A stretch of DNA of 64,000 bases, taken from contig NC_092672.1 in assembly GCF_964355755.1 (NCBI RefSeq), positions 10,416,001-10,480,000 on the forward strand. The letters are read 5' to 3'. Origin of the DNA: Antedon mediterranea. Taxonomy: Eukaryota > Animalia > Echinodermata. Below, one piece after another: positions 1-14,900 of the stretch. The notes beneath the pieces were generated by a model, which saw only the letters and a list, made by a program, of their open reading frames with translations, was not told the DNA's origin and did not search any database. A program made the translations under genes and the position numbers. How positions within the stretch are numbered: the first letter of the stretch is position 1; every line of letters begins with the position of its first letter.

Positions 1-619
1 CTGTTGTAAGAACTCTATTTGATTGCAATCTGAAGTGTCATTTTACCAAACATACTTTGCTATTGTTTAGATTATAAAGTGTGTAAACTTCTTTAGGAAT
101 CTGAGAGCATCTTATTACAATAGAGTCAATGATAATTAATCCATAACTGATGATATGTGATATTGAGTACCAATAAAAATAAAATCTACTGTTTACTAAT
201 ATTTATATAGTGTTTCAGCTTCTATTAAAAAACACCCCAACATCCATTTCATTGGTTTCAACAACTACACAATTTTGCTAAGGGTCTATGTAGTATTTCT
301 GCCAACAGCGCCGAATATTTCTATCACGTATACCGCTGAATAAAGTAATGGTGGAAGACGTCTCCACATATGCTTAACTTTTGTCTGGCATCCCTCTTGA
401 ATGCCGCAACTCCATGTCGTAAGTTTGCTTCAGTCATCCTGATAAATTTAAGGATTTTTTAAAAAGCACTGAGTACTGGAATAATATGCAAATACCTATA
501 AACCTCATCATACCTTTATAAGTGAAATACTCTGTACTGTACAGTATGTCCAAGTCTACTGTATGTCTGTTACACTTGGGTTTCATGAATACTCAGGACA
601 TAGTGTTTACCAATTTTGA

Positions 620-937
620 TTTCAGTAAAATTTGATACAAAACTACTATTCTATACTGTGGTTGGCAGTTTCGTTGATTTCCAACCTTTATTCTATAATG
701 TGGTATTAGGCATTTCAGTTGATTTCTGACCATTCAAATGCACTTTTGACTATAAAATAAAATTTGATACAGGACTACTATTCTATGCTGTGGTACTGTA
801 GGCATTTTCGTTTATTTCTGACCATTCAAATGCACATTTTATTAAATGAGATTTTATACAGAACTACTGTACTAGCTGTATTCCTTGCTGTAGGCATTTT
901 CGTTGATTTCTGATCATTCAAATGCACTTTCGACTAT
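620..937. repeat. Degenerate tandem repeat (actattcta..tgtgg..ggcattttcgttgatttc..ccattcaaatgcac)
   Basis: About four diverged copies of the same core visible by eye. Confidence 0.6.
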
Positions 938-2669
938 GAAAGTTGATAATAAGCTCGTTTGTTTTTTAAGTACAGTATTTACAAAGGTCAGTGCGAACAA
1001 CATAGGAAGCTGAGGATTTACAAGTAGTTTTCAATTAATGGTGATTATTGATGATGGCTTTGTGTGAAAACTGAAAGAGACAGGCTAACAATGTTTGAAA
1101 ATAATATGCAAATACAGTACTGTAATTAATTGTTCAATGTTTTTGAACATTTTCAAGTAAAAAATAAATGGAATGGAAAATTAAGTCCGGCAAAAAAAAG
1201 TACTGTAGGCCTACCAAACATGAATTTGCATTAAAATTGTTTTGTGAGATTAGAATGAACTTAAATAATGATTCAATTTCTTATGTTTCTGAGTCTGTGT
1301 CAATTTAAAAGTGATAGACCTACCTGGAAATCAATGCATGTCGATGACCAAATAAAAATTTGCTTTTTGAGAGAGGAACAAATAAAGAAAATAAAATTAA
1401 AAATCTGCCCTCCCATCAGAGGTGATGCTTAAAACAAATATATTTTATGGCCTAATAATAGAAAACTCAAAATTATTTAAATGAAAAAACTATAATTCAA
1501 GTCAAGTCAAATTGTTTTTGGTTGAATTTATTCCGTTTAATGTTTTTTTACAAAATGTGTACCATTATTTTTTAGTTTATTTTTTCTACGGACAAGTGAT
1601 TAACTTGATTAAAACTGCGTAATAACCTATTATTATTAGTCTTTTTTTATTAATTAATATTTATTTTTCATGTTTTGTTTTGTTTTGTTGCGGAGGGACA
1701 GTACATCTTTAATTACTTGCCATGTTTTGCACATAGTAAATGGAAATTATTATGATTATGAATGAATTAGGTCTGTATAAGGAATCAATATTTTCTTATT
1801 TATTTCTTTATAGAGCTTTTGTTACACTAACAGTAAGTGACATGTTTTGAGTTTTAATCAATAACATTTATAATATTTTTATTATGCCTTCCAATGACGT
1901 CATATTAATATTATACACAAAAATATGTTACAATCAAATTTACGTCGGATCCTAGAGCCACTGTTGTTACCAAGGCAATGCAGAAATACGAGACTAAATT
2001 AACGCATCAGACTAGGTTGCTGTTTTTGTCGTAACGCATCTAATCCGTGACATCGAATACCACTCTCTAATGATCAGCGTACAACCATAATTTTAATGGA
2101 ACTTATACTGGACAACTGACTGCAAATAACAATTATGCCATGTTTCGTGTGTTGCTATCACCTGTGAATGCCAGGTAGCATAAATTAGTTAGCTGTGGCT
2201 TATCTTAAGCCATGTTATCAAGATAGCTATTTTGCATGACGTAGAGAAGATTACACTCTCCAGGGTGTACTTAACGCAATTGTCAGCATCAAACTCAAAC
2301 AGAACAAATCTCAAAGAAAATTGCAGATCATTCCTTGTGCCCACTCATACTAAACAGAGACAACAGATTTTATGTTTTTTAATTATAATTTACAGTACTA
2401 TGTGTATTATCATTACTGTAGATATTAATTATTATAGTTACTATTATTACAGTACATAATTTGTATTACCATAATCTGTATGGTAATTAATCAATTTAAG
2501 TTCGTACTAATTTGATTTGTTCAATATTGTCTGTTGATTCTGCCATAATAAAAATAAAATGCATGCAACCAGGATAGATGCACTGATTATGTTTAAATCT
2601 AACTCCAAATAACAAGAGGGAAGTCATGATTCGATGTAGCCTACAGTATTTTTATCTTTATTTGATCAT

Positions 2670-2810
2670 CATTTGGTTTTTTTCAATCAAATCAATCGCT
2701 GTATTCATCTCATCAGAAAAACAATACACAACAAAAAGGAGTAAAACAAATTTAAAGAAGATGGAAGGGACCTTCAGGAAACCCCAAGGGGCTTGTGATA
2801 GGAGGCCCAC
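2670..2810 (-). mobile_element. Isolated LINE/SINE 3' tail fragment
   Basis: Minus strand reads caagccccttggggtttcc stem-loop, then a T-rich tract and a (ttga)-type tail. Confidence 0.4.
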
Positions 2811-5800
2811 TAAGAAGTAGTTGCATTATATACTTACTATACTGTAAATAAATAAATTTTAAAAAAGCCTGTATATACGAATCAACAGTGGATGTGCATT
2901 GTTATGGAATACCATTGCGAACAATGACCAACCACTATAAATTAAGCGGTTATTTAGGAGCAGGGATTTAGTAGCAGAAATTTAATCAGTTTAAAAATTA
3001 TTTTTAAAAAAAATTATTTATTCGGCACTATGCAACAAAGGCCTTTATATTGATGCAGTACCCGCTGGTTCTTTGGACTGAGGTGCTACTCTAAACATAT
3101 ATTATAATTTTACTTAACGTTTATCATAATAATTGATTGATGTTGATCTGACTTTTTTATTATAAACATTGTTTAAAGGCCAGGTGCGGGCAAAAAATTT
3201 CTATTGATCATACAGTACATTCCAATAATTATCGATCTATAATTTCCCCCATGTTTCATAATTTTTGGGATTTATTTGTGTTACAGGAGCTTGTTGAAAA
3301 TTAGCACTTTCATATCAGTAGGGGGATAGTTCAAATTACACAGTAAAATCTCTATTCTTTTGTACACAAATTTTGAAAGTAGAGAGGCATTTTAAAATGC
3401 TATGAAAAATAAACGGTGTGGTAAAAAATGTTATCAGATGACTAAATATAGGTAATATAACTTGAATTTTACATTTCTTGTATTTTTATTCAACTTCAGA
3501 ATTTTATTTTCATGCTATAGCAAAAATTATCCACCGTATATCCACCATCTTTTTTCACCTTCTAGGGAGTCACCAGACATGTTATTACATATGTTACCTA
3601 CCTAACTACTGAAAAAAAGTCTTCCTTGTTTTTTTGGCAGAATTTTGCCAAATTTTGCATTTGACCATATTAGGGGAAATTCATGGTTTTTTGTCTTGAT
3701 TTCTGTTACAAATATTTGATTTATGTACAATTAACCAGATATTATATTTAAAATTCATGCCTGTATCTGAGCTTTAATGGAAATATGAAAGTGAACAAAT
3801 AAAGTCAACACATTAAATCATAATGGCTTGCCTCACTTTTTGTCAGAGTTAGTTATTGTTAAAATCATTATTAGCATAATAAAGTAATCAATTATTAGGA
3901 GTTCTTAAATACATAATTTGTTTAATGTTTGATTGTGTTGATTATTATTCATATATTGATCTTATAATTTGAACTGAATACTGAAAAGCTTTATTTGTCT
4001 ATTATAATAAAATAACAATAGAAATTCTTCTTAAAGATTGAAAAATATTTACGATAAAAAACAGATATATAAAATATAAACAAAAAATTAAAATATAGAA
4101 TACACACACACATTATTGCATGAAAACTTAAAAGTTAAATGTTAAAATACGATAAAATGCATAAAACGCTTAAAAATTCATTGTACAGTAGTGTTTAAAA
4201 GTTTCATTTTCATATTCTTCATTAAAATACAGTATTTTGGTGATGTGAGTTAATAATGAATGGCAAACAAAGGTTTGTTCTAGATATAACATACATTACA
4301 CGAACAATCTACAAAGATGCGCTGTATACAGTCCCTCAATACGTGCAGCAATTGTTGTTTTCATCAGTTTCCAATGTAATTATATTCCGATCTAATTAAA
4401 TTTTCATTACAATGTTGTACGACAGTCGGATCAACATCAAAGTCTCTCAATACTTTAAGAGCCATACTTCTAGAAATATATTAATAGTCGTAAGACATTT
4501 GGCCTTTATCACGATACTCTGAAGATATTTAACATTTTTATTGCTGAACATAAAACAGTTTTTGACAATGCTAAATGTTTTGGGTCATGTCTTTCAGTCG
4601 ATTATGAAAGTATTCAAAGGTCTTATCAAATATTCCATGTCAAAAAGTGTACAACCTATAAAAGTTATGTTAAACTATTGATTACTGTAGTGTACAGAGT
4701 ATTAATTTAATAAACAGTTCTTATATTACTTTTTTTATTTCATTTTATTGGGTTAAATCTTGAATGCATCATAGGTTTCATAGATTTTAAGCTGCATTAA
4801 AAAATTTCTGGATGGATGAAACATTGGGGAAAATTGGTGTGTGGATAGATTCCGTTCACACGAACGCATTCCAGTTTTTGTACAAAACATAGTGTGTAAT
4901 AAGATGTACAGTATTAACATAGCCCAGAGTTTTCTCCAGCCACCTGACTGAATATAGGCTCATCATGAACGCAACTTTAATATCTGAGACAGTACTGTAC
5001 CTTTATAATTTTGTAACATTGTTACCTCACAACATTAAAGAAGACTGCATATCATTTGTATATTTTGGGAGGTGTACAGTAATAATAGTGCTTAATATTC
5101 TGTGCAAAATAATTATTTAATGTATGAAAATTATGTCAATTAATACAGGTAATAATTATCTAATAATAACAAATAATTTTAATCAATTCCATCTTTTTTT
5201 TCGGAATATCTGGTCTATAGAAATACAGAATTTCGTATTGAATTAACAAATTTACCAAACCTTGCAAATGACATGTATCCAAGCTGGATCGGATCATGAT
5301 CGAGTGTTATGGTATGTTCAGATCCATGGAGTTTCAAACTGAATTGTCACCGATTTGGGTGAACATCTGGTATGCAGGAGTAAATTTCAATGGTTAGAGG
5401 TCAAAACTGTTGATATATGACTTTCGTATCATAAGCGGAGTTCACTAATCCTGTACCTTGAGCTGTTGTAACTAACGAAAGATCAGTGTCGTACGAGGTG
5501 GCTTCCACTAATTTTTTTTCTGTACGCCGTGTACAATACGAAAGCATAACTCTGTAGGTCTCAACAGGCCCTCTAGATAGCTTTCATGGTAATACTGAAG
5601 TTTGATCCATTCATTAATTTTTGTGGTAGCCAGCTAAATCTATCTTTCAACAAGATAATCTATTATTTATAAATCAAATATGAAATTGTTAGAGATTAGA
5701 ATAATTTGTATGAACCTTTATTTAATTTATAAGAAGATGGATAGCTATGTTGTTTTTATTTGTCTTCCTTTGTAATGTCTTATGATGAAAATGAAAAGAA

Positions 5801-5839
5801 AAATGAAATGATGCTTTTATTAATATTTCATTTTTTCAG

Positions 5840-5989
5840 ATTGTTTCAGGTCAGCATCAGAAGCGGGTCCTAATGATATTTTAAAACTTTACAACCAAAA
5901 AGGAAGTATAATAAACATTTCACCCAAATTAGAAGAGAATGGACCTGATTCACGGTATCGTCTTGAGGTTGTGGCAACAAACTGCGACA
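5840..5989 (+). CDS. PDE9A: PDE9-like exon ([50 protein letters not shown])
   Basis: ttttttcag acceptor, gtaagt donor, phase 1-1; resembles the PDE9 N-terminal region. Confidence 0.85.
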
Positions 5990-8900
5990 GTAAGTTAATT
6001 TAAGATGTATTGTCCCCCAAAAAAATTAAGATGAAAAAAATCAGTTATTCACTTCCATAAAAAAAAAATTAGTCCACTTTATAAAAAGAAATACTGTAGT
6101 ATGGTTATGGTTAAACAGATTCAAAAGGCAAATAAAGCAAAAAGATTGATAAGACTGCAATAACCAAAGCAAACAAGTTGGTGTGGCATTGGAGGTGGGT
6201 GGGGGGTTAGTTAATGTGTACAAAGTGTACAGTAATTCTAAAAAAATCAGACTTTCAAGCAGATCAAACTAGTCCAATATTGGGAGGGTATGTACTAACA
6301 GTTGACTAGCAATATTAAATCCTTAATAAATTCATGCTACTATACTGCCAACAGTAAATATTATAGTGCCAGTAAAAACATAATTTATTATACCTCTTAT
6401 AGCTGCTATTGCCAAACGTCTCGGAGTTGACATGAGCGGATTGGAGGCTAGGTAAGTTACAATTAAAAGCAACATTTTAAAGCATGCATATTCCCAAGAC
6501 ACAAGAACCAGGTTGTTGAGAAATAGTATATCATATTTTGAAGTTTCTTTTCTTTTCAATACCAACAAAGCAAATCAATATTAAAACCTGTGCATTTTTT
6601 TTTCTTTTGGTATGTTTCTATTGTATATCTTAGAACACAGGGAAACTATTAAGTGGTATTTGGTGGATATTCGTTAAAGCGTGGTTCCCACTAGAACGCA
6701 ATGGAACACAGTGACGTATCGATGCAAAATGCTATATTTCGTAATTACAAATGGGAGCCGACGACGCAACAGTGTTGCAAGCATCGCTACGGGCAATTAA
6801 ATCATTTGGATTTCACGCAACGCCACGGGAAAACATAGTACAGCCAAGTAAGCGGGGTGAACCAGGTCAAAGTTTTCAAAAACTAACATTGATGCGCAAT
6901 AAAGCAGTTAATTTCACGCAGGCGAGGAAAAACAATTGTTGGAAGAGAATTTTCTTACGTTGCATAGGTTGCGTCACGTTGTGTCACTAGTGGGAACCAC
7001 GCTTAAGGAAAGACAGATTAGTGTTTTGGTACCAATAATTTCAGTCAACACAGTATTTATATTATTCTTATCATTTAGACTACAGGAACTAGAAACGAAG
7101 GTCAAAGTTGAAAATGGGGACACACCTTCAATGGTATACGATCTCAGAAACAAAGTAGAAAGTTTTCGAGAGAAGTTAGAGGTAAGAACAAATTTGAATT
7201 TGATAATGTAATGTAGAAAGAAAAAGAAAAAAGTAGGCCTACTTCTAAATATTATGGACCCCGTTTCATAATATAATAGGCTCAATTGTTTACATTTTTT
7301 AATAATAAATAGACTATTTGTTTATGTTTAATCAATCTGTAATAAACCTAATATTATTTTATTTCAAATAACAAATTTACTATCAATAGGGGCAGTGGGC
7401 CTGTTAAAATGAAATGTAAAATTAAAAATCTTTCTTTTTTAAATTAACAATTAGTGATACACATGCATGTCATTAAATGGCTTTTGATTGTGGTTTCGTA
7501 AATCCTCAATAGATCTTTGCCTTTTATGATGAAAGTTGAGTTTTAAGGTGAATAATTTCCACAAAATTTACTCAAAATTTTAAGAAGAAGAAGAAAAAGG
7601 AACCAAAGGTTAATTGAAATTTGCACTTACTATTCTTTTTCTTTCAGGGAGTAGAGCACTTAAGTTGGTTGGGTTTGTTTAAAGACCTTGTGAGGTATAA
7701 AGGTTCAAAACACTTCTATCAGAATGGAACATACCTAAAGGCTTCAGAGGCAGATCTGAAACGTGTCTGGGAGAAATTCAAGAAAATGAGGTAATTTAGA
7801 AAGATGTAGTGACTGTCCAGTAGGTTGGCGGTTAATGCCATATTCATGGTTTTATTCCTGACCTAGTGACAGGGTTTAATCATGACCTAGTGCCAGGATT
7901 GTAACTCTGGGCTGTACTCTCCAGGTCTGAAATGAGATTTGGTAATTGGCATGTTACTTGTAGGGTTGTCTGTTAAGGCTCAACTTTGGCAACATGGAAC
8001 ATGATGATGTGGCTGTCTGCAATTAAGACAACAATTAAGACAAATAATTATTCCAGTTTGAAGCCATGCCTCCTGCTTTTTGCCCAGAAAACCTCGAAGA
8101 AGCATACTGTATCTGTGAATGTACAAAATTTAAAACAGAACAACAACCATCTTCCATGACTATGTTTCACCTCTATTGTTTATACTAGTATCTCTATGGT
8201 TTCAATACAGACACGTCCATCCAATACAAATCTTAACCTCACTATAATTATAATGTAAAATAGTAATAAAATTATATTCAAAGTATGGGAATCCATGACA
8301 TGCAATTTCACTAAACTGTATAATAATAATTAATTAATTGTGACACTGTGTTGTATGTCTGTGGTGATATTATTGTATTTCCAACATAGGAAATGGACAC
8401 CTTGTTCCTGTTGTTTGTAGACAGATGGTAGTATGATAATATCTATTGTACTACTGTACCATAATAATTGTCAACATGCTACCACAGTTCTATTCTCTGT
8501 ACGGCATTGCAGAGTCATTTCTTAGATTTTTTTTATTTTATGCCCGTCCAACAGTGAGAAACTAAACAAGATGGATGAAATATAGTTTATCATGCTTATA
8601 TACTAAGGCTTTAAGGGCTAGAATGAGTCAAACCTGACGCTACTGTAGGTCAGGATTGAACCCCGGACCTTGGGATTCGAAGGCAAGTACTGTATATTAA
8701 CCACCAAGCTACAGCGCCATACTACTAAATTTAAAAACATAACACAAATTTTAATTGTAACTATAATACTAATATAGCTGTGTAGCCCTATTCAAATAGA
8801 GATTTGTGTGACACTGACACAAACAGTCACTATTGTGATAATTCAGCTGATGCGTGACAAGGTCTAAACAAAAACTATGGACTCTTGTGGGCCTAGTAAA

Positions 8901-11900
8901 ATTCTAATATTTCTGTAGGCTTGAACCTGAACCTGATTGCACATCATTAAATTTAACTATTGATTTTAAGTCTTCAAATTTGTATGCATTTATTTCAATT
9001 ATAGTAAATGGTGAAATAGTGGCTGTGTTTATGTTTGTTAATGGTAACTTGTTCTAATCATAGTACGGCAATGTACCTTCTATATATATCACAAAGCCTA
9101 TAACTAAACGTGGACATTGATCACAGTTGATCTAATGGCCATTTGCCAATGATAATATTAGGCTGCTCTGTATTTATTTGTATAATGATACTTTGACACT
9201 CTTTCTAAATTGACGACATTTTTGTAATTAGCCTTCCTATTTTTGTATTATAACATTAACCTAGATACCATAACTTTAAAAATGTCTTATTTAAGAATGT
9301 TTATTTATTCCACAAACCATCCTCTCTATTTTTTAAAACCTGTCTGTCATATTAATAGTCCCGATAGTCTTACTTACACACAGTAATTGGCTCGATACTA
9401 TAGGCCTAGTCTTAAGATTTTGGGCCTGATAGCCAACAAGAGTATCGTTTGTAAATCTGTTATAGTTAAGTAATATAATTGAGTTCTCGTCATACTGTCA
9501 CACATACATACTGAGTGGATGAAGTGAACTAATGTGTTGTTACAGTAACCATAGATTAATGAATATTCATTAATCCATGAATTTTTATACTGTAGGTGTA
9601 TGCTGTACAATACATTACAGTATACCTGAGTATTACTATTACAGTATACTTCAGTAGGCTAAAAAAGAACATTTTGCACATGAAATTGCACATACTAATA
9701 TTAAGGGATCACAATTATTCTATGCAGTTTACTGCAGCAATTATATTTTTTACTGCATAAACATGATTTTTTTATAGATTTTGTTAAGAAACCATTTCCA
9801 ACCTGACTTGATCTAAACATCCATATCCATAGAAAAATCTATATTGTATGTATTTGTATTTGTATTTGGCTAGCAGATAGATTTGATATCATTAGTTTAT
9901 GATAGATAGTTTTATAGCATACTGTAGATTACGAGCATTTTACACGGTTTTTTACGATGTCATGACAAGCTTCTGTGTGTGGTGTACTCATCAAGATATT
10001 ATAGATTGGCTAGAGGGCGGAGTACTGCCTGGGAAGTGATTCCAAAAGGACGAGAACCATAAATATAACCGCTGTAAATTTGTAAAAATATTGCTCAGTA
10101 TATAAAATAATAAATATAATTAACATTAACACATTTAAATTAATAAACATACTTATTCTTGTTAGAGAATAATAGAAGGTTTTATAAAATTATATAAAGA
10201 AGTGCACACAGTGTAGGTCCTTATCTGAATCGGGGCTTTTTTTTTATCATAATTGTTTTTCTACAAAAAAAACATGTTTTTTTTTCGGGTGACTATCTTT
10301 AACTGTACCAATTTACAGTAATTAAAATGAGGTGCTATTATTGGGTATACAGTAGGATTTTTAATATTAAAGCTTTAGTTTATGACTTTAAATCTACTAT
10401 AATTATAAACAGAAGCATATTATATTAAGATGTTTTAATAACAAACAGATGCATTAATAAAGAAGTGTTTGGTCAGTTTGTTTATTGATTGGTATAATTA
10501 GTTTTTGTTATAATTAGTTTTGTTGTTGATTTAGTATAGCACTTTATAATGACAAGGGCATGTGATACCTAAAGTAATTACATATAAATCGCTTGCCTAA
10601 AAGACTTTGTGCAATCACAAAACATTACCTCATTTAAAAAAAGACTTATTTATTTAATTTGCCATAGTTATCACAGTATTAACTCATTTAAGATATTTTG
10701 AGATGGTTCAGCATTTATGTCTCATGTGCAATGGTGCAAATCATCATGTGTTTTTAAGACTGTTTTCAGTTGTATATATTTTTGTATTTTTTTATTGTGT
10801 AATTTTTAAATTGGTGGTATTGATTGTTTTAGATTAAGCTGATGTTTATGTTATTTTTATGTACAGCGCTTAGAGTTTATTTCTGTCATTTTGAAGCGCT
10901 TTATAAATTTAATGTATTATTATTATTATTATTACATAGATTGTGATAATGTTTTAATCAATGAATCCCACCAATATAATTGGTTTACTGCCAAGCTAGC
11001 TCTGTCTATCAAAGTTTGTGTGACAAAAAAAATGTAATTTGCCCATACATGGACATGATGGTCATATCAGTATCAAATTTAGGCACATCACACTTGTTTG
11101 TCAAAGTATAGTTTGGTATTGTAGACAGAGCTTTAGAAATAAATTTGTAGGTAGGTGACTGCTATTGAGCAAAAGATCAGGTGATCTCTGACGTTATCTG
11201 CTTATGGCTACTGTACCTTGTCCGTCTAAGGGAAGAAAACTAAAAAATCGTGTTGACTATGTTGCAAGAGATTTCCTCCAATTCCTACATGACCTGAATC
11301 TGATCTCAAAATATTGTGGCATATCACTGTGTTCTTCTTGGAATAGAATTTTGAAATGTCAACAAACTATTGTCTATTTTGTGCCTAGCTGATCTGGATA
11401 AACCGACAATAGCCCTTGCTCTCCAGAAGGAGGACTTGGATACAACAACAAAATATCCCTGTACCAAAATGAACTGGTTCGCAACCACCCCCTTATATAT
11501 CACCATTTTATTTATTTTATTTACAGTAATGTACAGTTAACAACTGAAGTACGGGAGTATCTTAGGCAGCCTAGCTTTGACAACTGGCAATGGGAAGATG
11601 CTGAGATGCTAGTCTTGCTTCAACAAATGTACATTGACTTGGATTTTGTCTCCAAGTTTCACATTGAGGTGAGTCAATCCTTAAATTTTTAAAGTATGCT
11701 CGAGTTGAGTGACCGAGCGGTTAAGGTGCAAACCGCAGAATACAATTGACACATGTTCAAGGCTTGAGCATAGTTCTGGTGGTAAAACAAGTCTTCTCAG
11801 AGGTACAGTGTACACGTCTGGCTTTTGTGCAATTTAAATAACCCAGACTGGTACTGGTCCATCTTAGCCCTGTTTGTGGTTGGCGCTGCACTATGGCTGC

Positions 11901-14900
11901 CTTTTCTCAATTGATCAGGAGGAATATGAATACAAATATATACTGTAGAGTACGTTGGCTTTCTGTCACAATCTTGTCCTTCGTATTGGGTATATAATAA
12001 AAAAACTATTGAATATTGTGTGATATACTGCATATGCAGCAGAGAACCTATTCTGCATGTCATTTACAATAAAAACAATGCCAGTAAAAATGCCAGGGAT
12101 TTTAAATTGTACAAATTAAGTATGATGAGTATTGTGGGTAAAAATACAATTTTTCAACTCATAACATATTCTCCCCATTTAACTCATATACATTCATTGT
12201 TTTGTATAATATTTCATACCTTATTTTGGTTCACATCTACCCATTGTATTAATTGTACTTTAGCTTTCATAAACTAATTGTATAAACTGGTAATATTTGC
12301 ACTGATTAGACAATTGTCTCCTTTAAACTAGATTATTTATTAGCTGAAAGGTTTGAATATTGAAAATCAATGTTGGTGCTGTGTGCATAATGTAAATTGA
12401 CATCTTGTGGACATTAAAAGCAGACTACAGCTCGACGAACGTTGATAGGAAAATTAAACATGCGTATCTAAATTAGAACAGTTCAAACTGGTTTTTTTTA
12501 GTAGAATAGCACAAAACGTACATTTTGTAGAGCTTAATATTGGTAGCAATATTGAAACAAGTATTTAAACAATAAACATGTATCTGATAAGATAGTATGC
12601 CCATGTCCAATTTCTTTTTAAATTAGTTCTAAGCAAGTGTTTTTCAACTGATTTGTGTAATATGGGGTCTATATATCCACCAAAAAAAAAATGTTCCAGT
12701 TCATATCTCAGCTTCTATGTCATAGAGATGATGATGAGAAATCTTAAATCGTATGCGTTTATATAATATGAAGAGAAAGACATCGTTATGCTACTAATAT
12801 AATGTATCGCTACTTTATATACTCTTTAACTTGTTATTGATAAAAGTGTATTAATATAATAATAACAAACTTGTACCATTATCTTCTTTTTCTTGAATTG
12901 CTATGCATGAGTGAGTATGAATGATCGCATTCTATCTGTCTCTTGAACTGAGCCTATGAGACTGCCTCAACCATTCTTTCTCCTTTGATATCTCTGAACT
13001 GATGAAAATAAAATCCAACCTCAACTGGCTAAATTTCTTTTTCTGTCAGTTTATACACTATGAGGCTGTATTCTTAACTGGCTCAACCAATTCTTTCTTC
13101 CTGATGTCCATAACTGCTGTGACACAACCTTATCTGGATTATCCATTTTTCCATTTGTTCTCTCTTAATTAGTTAGGGTGTGTGGCGCAGTGTGTTGGAC
13201 GTCGGATTACTGATCGTGAGATCATGGTTTGAATCCAACTCTTGTCACATTGCTTGTATCCTTAGGCAAGCCATTTTACTTACATTTGCCTCTCTCCACC
13301 CAAGTGTATGAAATGGGTACCGGTTAGATCAAGACACAACTTTGCGCTGATTACTAGATGCATCATTATGGGAGTATGTTTGACCAAAAAAATTACCAGG
13401 TTAATAATGTGTAGCGCATTGAGATCTTGCTATGCGCTATTAAGAATGAACTATTATTATTATTAATGCCATGTTTGAGAGACATCCATTGCTTCTATGC
13501 CTGTTTGAGAGACATCCATTGCATCCAGCTGCCTTCAGATGTTGCCCATCAGTGTCTATGCAGTAGGCTTTCACCAGCCATCCTCTACTTCAATCAACAT
13601 CATTAACCTAGTGATAATTGCTTTTCTACTTGACCATCTATTAAATCGGTTTTTACATTGAAATTATTGATATTGATATTGATTCTTATTTCTGCAAATT
13701 TTCAATCAAAATGTCATCCATGATGGCCAGTATAATGATATAACCTTTATAACATTGTTGTTTTAATTGTGAATACTTTATAATTTATCATCATATAATG
13801 TAATACAATGTACAGTTTGTAATAAATTAATCACAAATTATTATTCCTAGAATAATTGGATGATATTGATCCACTTATTATAGTATAGTAGTATACATAC
13901 ATTTTGTTATCTTTAATGACTTTTTCTCCTTATATTGTTTTATAATAAATGTTATTCATTTTTTTATATTAGAAAATACTAATTGCTGTTAGTTTTAATT
14001 TCTTTTTTATTATGTCTTCACCCCATAAAATTCATTCATATACATTTGTTAATTGACCACTAACAACCTCTCCTTTACTGCCACCCCCCCCCCCCCCAGA
14101 AAAAAATTCTCCAAATGATTTTTTCTTATTTTAAACTATAAATATGTTTCTTTTTTAGATCCCAGTGCTGCAGACATTTCTGTTCGAAGTTTACAAGCAC
14201 TACAACAATGTACCTTTTCACAATTTCAAGCATTGTTTCTGCGTGTGCCAAATGGTAAGTAAATACTTAGTAATAGCTGGTTTAAATAACATGTTTAAAA
14301 ATGACATTTAAATACAACAAGGCCGGTTTATTTAAATGGCTTTTAAAAAAAGTTAAGTTAAAATTACAGTTAAAATGTCATGTCAGTTTTTGTTGCAGTG
14401 CTATTAAGTACCGGTAACTGGTATACATGTCCAATGTTGACCTTTAGGTCAATTGTCTTAGTATTAATTATTGTCCATTAATTAAGCATTAACCAGAAAA
14501 AAAAACAATTAATAATTTATGGATGCTATATAATGTCAAATATTTTCACTTGACTCGCACTTGTGTACAGCGAAAGTGAAATATTTTAATTTCAGAACAT
14601 TACATGCTATGTAAATTTACATTTTAAATACTACAGTAACCCCACACTAATTAAGGTTTTCCAGCACAAATTCAGCACAAAAGCAGCCTTTTAAGCTCCA
14701 TCTACCGTACGCTATCATACTTTATGTGAAAACAAAATGTGATATACCCATATGGACATGATTATGTCATATCACTACCATATTTGGGCATGTCACTACC
14801 ATATTTTTTGTCAAAATAGTTTGATAGTGTAGACAGAGCTTGCTAAATTGTATCTTTATTTTCGGTCAGTCTCCATAATACAGCAGAAGCTGGCTGGCAT

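Noticed and set aside
11389-11490. Possible alternative PDE9 exon ([16 protein letters not shown]...)
   Set aside because: No convincing donor, the phase does not fit the upstream exon, and no PDE9 similarity is recognisable.
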